DNA of 64,000 nt from Eledone cirrhosa (taxonomy: Eukaryota), in NCBI GenBank assembly GCA_964016885.1, contig OZ024764.1, positions 23,808,001 to 23,872,000 of the forward strand, read 5' to 3'. Within the stretch, counting starts at the first letter, position 1, and the number at the start of each line of letters is the position of its first letter. The position numbers and the translations under genes were made by a program. Below, one piece after another: positions 53,893-64,000 of the stretch. The notes under the pieces are model-generated. The model did not search any database, was not told where the DNA came from, and saw only the letters and a list, made by a program, of their open reading frames with translations.

Positions 53893-54519
53893 CTGTATCA
53901 ATATCAAACTCATTACATCATACTACAACAACAACAATTGTGTAGATCCATCATCCTTGCTAAAACTGGGGTCAACCTTGTAGGTTTTACCTAGGACAGG
54001 GATCATAAAACCAGGTTTCCATTTTTGAAGTAGTGTTTGAAGATTTTGTGTAAATTAAAGTTTTTCACATTAAACTTTGATTTATTATACTTTAACAGGT
54101 AAGATATATATTTGTATTTTCAGTAAAGGTTGGGAACTTCTGTAATTTAAACCTGCCAATAAAATGAAAACTTTTGTTGTTGCTAGTCAGACATTGATAT
54201 TAATTCTATTGTCCTGTACATTGTCTCAAATATCACAGATTAAACAGATTTTAACAATATCAACAGAAATCAATAACTTGTAAGCCTAATATCTAGCTTC
54301 CATTTTAACTATTTGATATTGTTGTTCCCCTCCTGTCTCTTCAGGTCTTTTAGATTTCAACTTCTATCTACTGTACTATTCCATCACCAAGGCAACATTC
54401 ATCTGGCTGGCAGCTTACATCAACTACAGATCTCATCAGTGGTTCACAACAGGCTGTCTGAAAGAAACTTCCAGATATCTTCTATGTCATAGCTATCAAT
54501 CTCCTCCTCCTTATCATAT

Positions 54520-54955
54520 GTACCACTCTCACACTCCCTCTAGATCTTATATTTAACAGGGAGATCTTTTACTATCCCTACTCTTTTCTCTAGATAGTTT
54601 TGTACCACTCTCACAGTCCCTATAGATCTTATATTTAACAGGGAGATTCTTTACTGTCTCTACCCTTTTCTCTAGGTTGTCTTATACCTCTCTCACAGTC
54701 CCTATATATATCTTATATTTAACAGGGAGATCTTTTACTATCCCTACCCTTTTCTCTAGGTTGTCTTGTATCTCTCTCACAGTCCCTCTAGATCTTATAT
54801 TTAACAGAGAGATCTTTTACTCTCCAACCCTTTTCTCTAGGTCGTCTTGTACCTCCCTCACAATCCCTGTAGATCTTATATTTAACAGGGAGATCTTTTA
54901 CTCTCCAACCCTTCTACAGATAGTCTTGTATATGTCATTCCCTCTAGATCTTACA
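54520..54955 (+). repeat. About 82-bp minisatellite, about 5 units
   Basis: Repeated GATCTTATATTTAACAGGGAGATCTTTTACT. Confidence 0.85.
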
Positions 54956-55244
54956 CCTCGTATCTAGTCTATGTTGAGTGGTACGTCCTTCTCCAGTAAA
55001 GGAGTTAATATTCCCTACCATCTGTCTATCCTGTTTTCTGATGAGAATGAAGTCAATCTAGTTTATCTCTTCACCTGATTGAAGTAACTAGATCAAGTAA
55101 CTAGATGTTTTCCTGTAAGTTAGTGTTGCAGTGTTTGTGTCACCATGTAAGGTTTATATCTATTTTATATAGAGATGTAGTAAAGTTTTCACTGTTGTAT
55201 CTCTACTTTCTAAATATCTTTATAATGTTTCTCTACTATTTCAG

Positions 55245-55678
55245 AATATCACATGACCTTGACAGAAAAGAGTCTTTTAAAGACAACAGAAAGATGTTAA
55301 ATTCAAGATATAAACTTGTTTTTATTCTGTGGTGAATTATGGTGAAATATTTCTTCTGAATTGAGATAAATATTTTCCTTTTTCACTGTCTGGAATATTT
55401 ACAAGATGATTTTACATTCTGATTAAACTTTAGATATTTACAAAGGAGTTTTCAAAATATTTGGATATTGACAAAGATCACATTTGGTAAAAATTATGAA
55501 CAATAGAAATATTTACATTAACATAGGAATATTTTCCAGTAGAGATGGGAAAATCATTATACCACTGTAATATTTGTGGTAAAGTATTCTCTCTTTATAT
55601 GTAGAACATCTAACTAAACACTTTAACTAACAAACTATTGTGCTATAAAATTGACAAACTTGAGCAATGTTTAATAAA
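55245..55678 (+). pseudogene. Degenerate second ZNF exon (unit 4)
   Basis: Acceptor at 55244; ATG 55545 gives MGKSLYHCNICGKVFS; AATAAA at 55673. Confidence 0.7.
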
Positions 55679-55732
55679 TGTTACAGATTTCTCCAAACTG
55701 TCGTTTACTAACTTTAATTTGAAGCTATGTTA

Positions 55733-56097
55733 TCTATATACTACTAAAACTCTGTGATTGTGTCTTGTCTGTAATTTAATACAGCTAAAACAATGCATAA
55801 TGGGGAAATACTTTGAAAGGAATAAAACAATTTTTGTATAAATTGGAGCACAGGTTCCCAAGATACGGGGATTTCTGGGTACCTTGATATATATAGGGAG
55901 AGAAAGAGATAGTGGTTGTGAGAGTGAGGAGACAGATGGAAGAGAGAGAGAGAGCTGGTGGTGTTGTTTAATAAAATGTGTGTGTGTGTATATATATATA
56001 CGTATGTGTATATTTTAACTATTTAAAAATCATTTTTAAATGACTTTTAAAAAATAGTTTTAAGGGAACGTGACCCAACAGGTCCCGGGTGGTCTAG
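55733..56097 (+). mobile_element. Non-autonomous Helitron
   Basis: A|TC 5' end, 3' hairpin and CTAG|T. Confidence 0.75.
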
Positions 56098-57852
56098 TTT
56101 GTTACTAAATACTAGATATTAGAGGGTCATGTTGTTCTAGATGTGCTGGAAGAGCCATTCCATCTCGTGAGGTTCACCAGCAGCTAGCCACCTCAGCACC
56201 TATGGTGGTATATTTATTATATTATTTATTCTTTATCATTAACATTAATATAAAAGATAATTATATATTTTTAGAGAAGAACCTCTAATTTCATATAGCT
56301 TAGGGCTTCAGTAGGTAAAAGTCTGGCCCTGCTTGTCTTGTATTTTTTAGGGGAGAAGTTAGGGAATACTGTTATTGTGTGAAAGTTTTCTAAATCTTCT
56401 TCAGCCACTAACATGGAGAAGATATTTCAGTAAGAAGGTTCACATCCTGACATCTATAGCTGTTAACAATGAGATTGGAATTCATTATTAAACAAATGTT
56501 ATATCATCATCACTGTTTTACATCATTTTTTCCATGCTGGCATGGGTTAGACGAGTTATCCTGTTGTAAGCAAAGCCAGGTCAGGTGACCATGTCTGGCT
56601 CCTACAGAACAAATTTTGGTTTGGTTTCTACAGCTGGATGACCTTCCTAGAACCAACCTTATTTACATTAAGTACTGGGTGCATTTTGTTGTGACACCTA
56701 CATGACCACTTTACAGTGTGGACTGGGTGCTTTTTAACATCTCACCATGATGACCACTTTACATTGACTACTGGGTGCTTTTTGTCGCGACACCTACATG
56801 ACCACTTTACAGTGTGGACTGGGTGCTTTTTGTTGTGACACCTACATGACCACTTTACAGTGTGGACTGGGTGCTTTTTGTTGTGACACCTACATGACCA
56901 CTTTACAGTGTGGACTGGTTTCTTTTTGTCATATCACCTACATGACCACCTTATAATGTTGACTGTGTATTCTCTATAGTGTGGGTTGGGTGCTTTTTGT
57001 CATATCTCCTACCCAACCACTTTGCAGTGTGGGCAGTGAAATATCAGTAATGCACCAGCTCCAATATTCAGTAATCAGAAGAAGGGAGGTAGGCATAAAA
57101 GCCAAACTTGCTGTCTTCAATTAGGTTTTTGTGCCAACCCTTACCTATGGTCACATATCTTGGGTAATGACCAAAAGAATATGATTGGGAATACAAATGG
57201 CAGATATGGGATTCCTCTGAAGGGTCTTTGAAGGAACGTTTCTCAATAAAGTGCATAGCTCTGAGATCAGAGAGTCACTCCAGGTGGAGCTGTTACTTCT
57301 CCTAATTGAGAGATCACAGCTGCAATACTATGGCCATGTGGTTAGAATGTCTGAGGAAAGGATCACTGGATAGATTTTACAGGCAAAACTAACCGGCAGG
57401 AGACCCAGGGGTAGACCTGAGCAAGATGGTCACATAACATCCATGAGCTTGGCTGGTCTCTCTGGGAGATCCAGCCAGATCAGTTGGAGTGGGTTGCTTC
57501 TGACAGGACCTGTTGGAGGGAGTGTTTGAGGACTCTGCCCCCAAGACCCTTTCTGGAATGACTGGATTAATAAGAAGAGGTTACATAATCAACATCAGAT
57601 TTCCCTGCTAGCAAGGATTTAATGAGTCTACTTCAACCAAGTAAGTACTAAAGTGAGGCTACTGATCTCCCAGACAGACCAAGGATCTGAGACTTATTCA
57701 CATAAGGTCTCATTTGCTACTGAGTGCACAGAAATGGTTGTCATGATTGAAGGGTTCTCTGACACTATTGTCGGGCAAGCTTTCTATGGCTAGATGTCCT
57801 TCACATGACCAACCACATTACAGCCTGTGTTGGGTGTGTTTATCATGTAGGT

Positions 57853-60224
57853 GAGATATAACAAACTGAGGGTTCTCCAAGGGCCACATAGGTCACATGT
57901 GTTGTCTGAGGGTTGCACACTATAACTAATTATGTACACGACAACTAATTAAAGTCATTTAATAAAATATATTGCAGAAAGATTTGTTACTTAAATTTAG
58001 AAACATACAATGTACATACAAATGTTTTAGCAGCATTCATGAATACAAAGTAATGAAGTAGTTTGACAAAAAAGTAAAATTTAACATGTCAAGATATACT
58101 TGCAGATTGTAACAGCAACAAATACATTGTACACAAATAACAACAGTTGAAAACTGAACATTTATTTGCTACTATTCAACCATTTTTAGTGTTTTGTCCT
58201 GAGGCTTGACACTTCTTTCTGTTTACTATGTTTCGTATTTCTGGCTGAAATGTTTGTACAGTTCCAACTTTGATCAGATGACAAGTGTTGATCAGTCAGC
58301 CTTGTTCTCTGAGAAGTTTTTGTTAATTTCATGAAGGAAAATAACTGTCCACTCACATAGGTAGAACCAAACATTGCCATAATTTTTGTGACAAACTTTC
58401 TGAAGTTAATACACTTTTCAGGAAGGTATGAAAAGAAACCAGGTATCCCCACTACAAGATACTTTGTTCTGAGTGTGGAATCTGACTGCATTTCCAATAG
58501 TTCCATCTGCAGGCATTCTTCTGCCTTCATCAAAGGTGAATGGTGCTGAGAATAATGTAATCTGATGTTCAAAAAATGAGAAATCACAAAATCTTTCTTG
58601 AAATTTCTTTAACAACAATTCCAGGTGACTGTCATACTTAGCTAAGCTAAATACAGACTCAGTATTGGCAGTGTTTTTCAGTTCTTTGCACATAGGGAAA
58701 TGAACTAAATTTTCATCTGACAACGGAGATTTCCATAAGCTTAGTTTTCTAATGAAGCACTTGATGTCATCATTCAACTGATTAATGGGTTTGTTTTAAC
58801 CTTGTACTTTCAAATTAAGATCAGTTAATTGTGCAGTAATATCCACAGCAAAAATCAGGTGTTGGAGCCAACTTTCATCTTTTATTTCATCTGTGTTTTA
58901 ACCTTTTCTCTCCAAAAACATAATTATTTCTTGTCTCAACAAATAGAATCTTTTCAGCACTTTGTGACATGTCAACCAGCAGACTTCTGTGTAGAATGGA
59001 ACATCGGTGAACTGATTATCCATATCTTCCAACAACTGGCTGAACTGACGGTGGTTGAGAGCACGGCCTCTGATTTAGTTCACTGTCTTTGTGACCAAAC
59101 TAAGCACATGATGCAATTTTAAAATCTTTGAACATAAATTTTGCTGATGAATAATAGTGAAAATGTGCAAATGATGAATCTAGATATGAGGTTTCTATTT
59201 TTGTTTGTAACTTGGCAGCAACACCATTATGTCTACCAACCATATTTGCAGCACTGTCAGTAGATAAACATGCAAGTTTACTCAGATCAAAACCATGCAG
59301 ACCCTGCTTGACCTTCTCAAAGATGTCCTGGCTTGTTATAGTGTCATGCATGGGGACCAGTTCAATCAGTTCTTCATAAATATTAAATTCACAGTCACAG
59401 GCCCTGATGAAGAATGCAAGCTGTACTATTCCAGTGATGTCAACAGTCTCATCAATAGCAATAGAAACATGTTCAAACCTTGATGATACAGCCTTTAACT
59501 GTTGTTTCAGATCACCTGACATTTCATTAATCTGTTCAGCAACAGTGTTCCTGGTTAATGAAATGTCTTTGAATAACTCTGCTTTCTCTGGACAATTTCA
59601 GCTGTTTTTACAAGACATTGCATTACAAAATCTCATTCACTGTAAGATTTCCCACTCATGGCAATCATTTGACTGAGTTCATAGCTTGCAGTAACGGAAA
59701 AGTGACATTCTCTTCCTGAATTAACATAAAACAGGTCTGTTGCTGTGTCAAGTTAGACTTCAATTCCTTCAGTCTTGAAACACGCATTGGGCCTTCATAT
59801 TTATCGTAAGATCGAGGGTTTGTTTCATAATGTCTTTTTAAATTGTACTCTTTTGGCGTGGCGATGTAGTTGTTGCAAATTAAACAGTGTATCTTTCTGT
59901 TCACCATTGGGCAAAAATACTGTAATTCCCACTTTTCTTGAAACACTTGCCCTTCTTCGTTCAATTTCCTTTTTCTCTTAGCTGGAGGAGCACTAACCAT
60001 TTCAAAAACAAAAACTTTTGAAATTTTGAAAGAAAGTTTTCTGTTAATGAGCTGCACGTGATTAATGGAAGTTAAAAGTAGTTGACAAAAATTGGAAAAA
60101 AAAAAACAATTGTATCGAAAAATTTTTAAATTTTATATTACGAAAATGAAACATGCTCGCACTGTAAAAACCTTTGTGTGGGCTGTAGGTTTGCTTGCAA
60201 AGGGCCGCATGTTTGACAGGTCTG
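57853..60224 (-). mobile_element. hAT transposon (SPIN/GTF2IRD2-like), frameshifted
   Basis: TSD ATGTAGGT/ATGTGGGT; ORFs with SIAIDETVD, STDSAANM and the MFGSTY..LFSFMK..RTRLTD dimerisation motif. Confidence 0.9.
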
Positions 60225-61591
60225 ATGTGGGTTACCAACACTAGGGAGGGCAGCATGTCCTTCAATGTCTTCTGCTACATTAACTACCAGGAGGTCACCA
60301 CATGACACAAAGACATTTCAAAGAGGGGTCATAAAAGAACTAAATACGAAAGTACCCACAGCAACAAGCAAATAATTGAGCTTTGGGTCTGGGTCAAGGG
60401 GCAGAAGTGCTGCGCCCTGTGGATAAGACTGCAAAAGTATTCGCCCCGGACGATGGACAGTGACACCCACTGCAACAGCCACCCCAACCTCATGGGACTC
60501 CCTCTTCAGAAGAGCCACCAACGTTCTGATCTTAGAGAGGAGCTTGGCAGTATGGGGTCCAAGTACTTCTGAGGTCTCGATGGTGACCAGTGTGAAGAGA
60601 CCTACAATTGATCTAATCCCAGTTATGTTGGACTGTAATATACTGGGGTATAGAGAGGCCTTAACCTGTCACAGCCGGGCCACCCAGGGTTGTGTCATCT
60701 AGGTACTAGACAGGGGTAACTAGACCATGTTGTCAACTGTCAACACCAATAGGAGTGAGGCGAGTGGGTCCCCTTGCGAGACACCATATATAAAAACGTA
60801 TTTGCTAATTACTTTAGTGAATAATTTGTTTCATACGTAATTATTACTTTTAACACAATAGGATTTTGTACACGTGTTTGTTTGAAAACATCTTTCAAAG
60901 AAGTATGAGACAGTCTTTTGTAGTGTTTATCATAATAAATTACTGTATGTTGAGCTGTTTTAACTTCTCCACCTTCTATTATTTTATATTGTTTTTGTAA
61001 GAAAACGATATCTTTTTCATATATATATATGAAGGCGTGTGGCTGAGTGGTTAGAGAATTGGATTCGGAATTGTGAAGTTGTGAGTTCGATTCCCAGACC
61101 GGGCGATGCGTTATGTCCTTGAGCAAGACATTTTATTTCACGTTGCTCCTTCTACCTGGAGTTGCGACCGATAGATAGTATTAGCAATTGGAAAGACCAA
61201 TGGAAACATTGTTTCCTCGGTCCCATTTGACGAAAAGTCGATCATAAAAAATATATATAGACAGAGAGAGAGACAAACATACACTACTGTATTACATATG
61301 TAAGGGGAGATAACTCTCGTAACATCCCCCCCTTCTTTTTGATATACGTCCTTTAAGTACTTTGTTCAATGGAACCTGCTTTATTTTGTGTCCTAAGTAG
61401 ATTTCTGTTTAAGTATTTACGAGATTCACAATGATTCACGTAACCAAGTTACTTACATAGAGATATATTTCACATAGAATCACAACAAATGAAAATATTA
61501 AGTCAACACTCTGTCAATCAGTCTCACATCACATCGGGTGCTGGAGTCTCCCTCTAATACTTTCTGAGACAGTCTTACCTCGAGTGATAGC

Positions 61592-62278
61592 AAGGCTAAG
61601 ATGTTGGAACTACCAAACACCCTCATATGTATCACCTGACACCTCGGTAAGGAGAGCTGCCAACGATAACAAGAACCTCGTTGTCAGGGACCTATCTCCT
61701 CCAAACTTCTCCAACACCACAGACTAGAATATTCTACTCTTTATTCCCTATCAAATATATTTCAGTCTAGTCATTTATCTTGTATCTTGTATATGTATTT
61801 TGAAAACTAACTGTCACATTTGTGAGACCCCAGTTAGTATTGTTTTCGTCTCCCTCCCACATCCTACATGCTGTAGTAAAAGTGAGGGTCACTGCTTCCG
61901 TAGACGAACGAAATAAAAGTTAAACTACCAGTAATTATCGGCAAAGTATTTATTCCAGTCTGTGATGTTTGAGAAGCTGGGCTGCTGACAACGAAGTTGT
62001 GGTCACTGTTGGCAGCTGGCTTTACCGAAGTACCCGATGACTCTTGTGAGGGTACTTAGCTGTTCTGGCGGTTTAGCCTCCATGACATGATTTTACTGAG
62101 ATACCCGGTCATCTCTGTCAGGGTACTTAGCTGTTCTGGCGGTTTAGCCTCCATATGACCCGATCTTACCGAGATACCCGGTGATCTCTGTCAGGGTACT
62201 TAGCTGTTCTGGCAACTTAGCCCCCATATGACCCGATTTACCGAAGTACCCGGTGATCTCTGTAAGAGTACTTAGCTG
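61592..62278. repeat. Upstream inverted-repeat block (unit 5) with an expanded ~72-bp array
   Basis: G(G/A)GTACTTAGCTG at 62050, 62121, 62194 and 62266. Confidence 0.8.
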
Positions 62279-62929
62279 GGCATAGGTTAAGTTTTACGTC
62301 CTCGAAAATGAAACTAGGTTTTCTGACAAGTGAATGTGTTTTTGTTTTTTTTTACAATGAAATTTACGATACACTCTTTGTTTATTTACAACAGGTCTCT
62401 ATAGTGATATGGTGTTAATTAGTATTGCGTGTGTGATTATTTTCTCTTATATATATATGTGTGGGTGTGTATATGTGTGTATATATATGTGTGACTGTAT
62501 GTATATATATATGTGTGTTTGTATATATATATGTGTTTGTGTCATCATCATCGTTTACATGTTTTTACCCAAATCCCTTATCATTCTCTGTCCTTCCTAT
62601 GACCCGGCCTTAATTTGTTTATAGTTGGTGCCAACTTTGGCAAGATATTACAAAAACATCTAAACGATGATGATGACACAAACACATATATATATACAAA
62701 CACACATATATATATATACATACAGACACACATATACACACCCACACATATATATATATAAGAAATAATAATCACACACGCAATACTAATTAACACCATA
62801 TCACTATAGAGACCTGTTGTAAATAAACAAAGAGTGTATCGTAAATTTCATTGTAAAAAAAACAAAAAACACATTCACTTGTCAGAAAACCTAGTTTCAT
62901 TTTCGAGGCCGTAAAACTTAACCTATGCC
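62279..62929. mobile_element. Long-TIR palindromic MITE with 8-bp TSD
   Basis: About 280-bp inverted arms (62279-62566, 62652-62929) beginning GGCATAGG; TSD CTTAGCTG; empty site in units 2-4. Confidence 0.9.
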
Positions 62930-63018
62930 CTTAGCTGTTCTATTTTAATTACATTTACTGATTTCAACTTTCATTTTTTTATTACAAACTTTACATAATT
63001 TAATTCCGTAAAAATATT

Positions 63019-63151
63019 TTACGTCACAAAAAAACATTGAAGCATGCGCAGTGGTGCAGTTGTCGACTTCCTGTCCACGTGTTAGTCTTCCTACAACAAC
63101 ATTTAGACAACATTTCTGTAAACACTAAACACCTGAGACTATAATGTAAGT
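63019..63151 (+). promoter_or_regulatory. Unit 5 promoter, exon 1 and donor
   Basis: Same motif series; GTAAGT at 63146. Confidence 0.7.
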
Positions 63152-63683
63152 ATTATGTCTATTAATATTGTAGATTTAAGCTCACTTTTCACATCACAAA
63201 TATATATTTTCTTGTTTGTTTCATTACTGGAAATATAAAATGTTATCGTAATTATCTATATTTTACCTACCTCTAATTAATTAAAGTGAAAACTTTTGTT
63301 GTTGCTGAAAAATAAATTAACAAAACTAAATATTTAAATATTCTAAAGGTCGTTTTTATATTATGTGATGATATAATTAATATATTTTATTACAATTGTA
63401 TAAATTTACAGTAGAATAACGTTGTAAATATGTTTTAAATATATACATAAATAACATAGGTGTGTAAATAACATTATAAATTGCTGGCAATTCCTTGAGA
63501 AAGACATTACAAATATATTGTCTAAACTGTGTATAATAATATAATTTATTGAACAATAATGATAAAGGTAAGAAAAACACAGTGGGAGATGGCAATTGAC
63601 CACCAAGTGTGATAATAGGCCACACCTCACACCTTAGGGGTTAACTACACACTTTGAGGCAAGCCAACACACTGGCAGCATTA

Positions 63684-63962
63684 CTAAGGTGTTGAAATAA
63701 CCAGGTACCCTCACGGGTATCACCTGGTACCTCAGTAAGGTGAGGCTAAGGTGCTGAAATAACCAGGTACCCTCACGGGTATCACCTGCTACCTCGGTAA
63801 GGTGAGGCTAAGGATCTGAAATAACCAGGTACACTCACGGGTATCACCTGACACCTCGATAAGGTGAGTCTAAGGGGCTGAAATAACCAGGTACCCTCAC
63901 GGGTATCACCTGACACCTTGGTAAGGTGAGTCTAAGGGGCTGAAATAACCAGGTACCCTCAC
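63684..63962 (+). repeat. 62-bp minisatellite, about 4.5 units
   Basis: GAAATAACCAGGTAC every 62 bp from 63694; the palindromic MITE begins at 63963. Confidence 0.95.
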
Positions 63963-64000
63963 GGAAACGACTAGATTTGTAGAAAAAGTAGGGTAAAAGT

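Noticed and set aside
57853-60224. Domesticated GTF2IRD2-like or TIGD1-like host genes (also 14147 and 39714)
   Set aside because: Multiple frameshifts and stops, with TIRs/TSDs retained, indicate dead transposons.

Overview
AT-rich eukaryotic DNA, most likely a coleoid cephalopod (Octopus-type C2H2 codon pattern and SINE/RTE tails; this is inference). The window is a head-to-tail tandem array of about five 11-20 kb paralogous zinc-finger gene units on the + strand, with first-exon donors at 482, 17961, 32199, 43660 and 63146. A full unit has: an upstream inverted-repeat block; a compact promoter (CRE, NRF1-like, ETS, E-box); a short non-coding exon 1; a TE-filled intron with a 62-bp minisatellite near its 5' end and a 39-bp minisatellite near its 3' end; one exon with a variable 5'UTR and a finger-only C2H2 ORF (14, 12 and 12 fingers in units 1, 2 and 4); a putative 3'UTR intron; and a degenerate second ZNF exon. 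Unit 3 has lost its ORF through a deletion associated with an LTR/TRIM-like insert, and unit 5 is cut by the window end. TEs include CRE-like, CR1-like and RTE LINEs, Tigger/pogo, hAT, a piggyBac MITE, a non-autonomous Helitron, SINEs and two palindromic MITEs. The most notable patterns are: one repeat family arranged +/-/[promoter]/+ around every promoter; donor-like and branchpoint/acceptor-like minisatellites of variable copy number bracketing intron 1; and mosaic shuffling of 5' and 3' halves between units. All gene models are inferred from motifs only.
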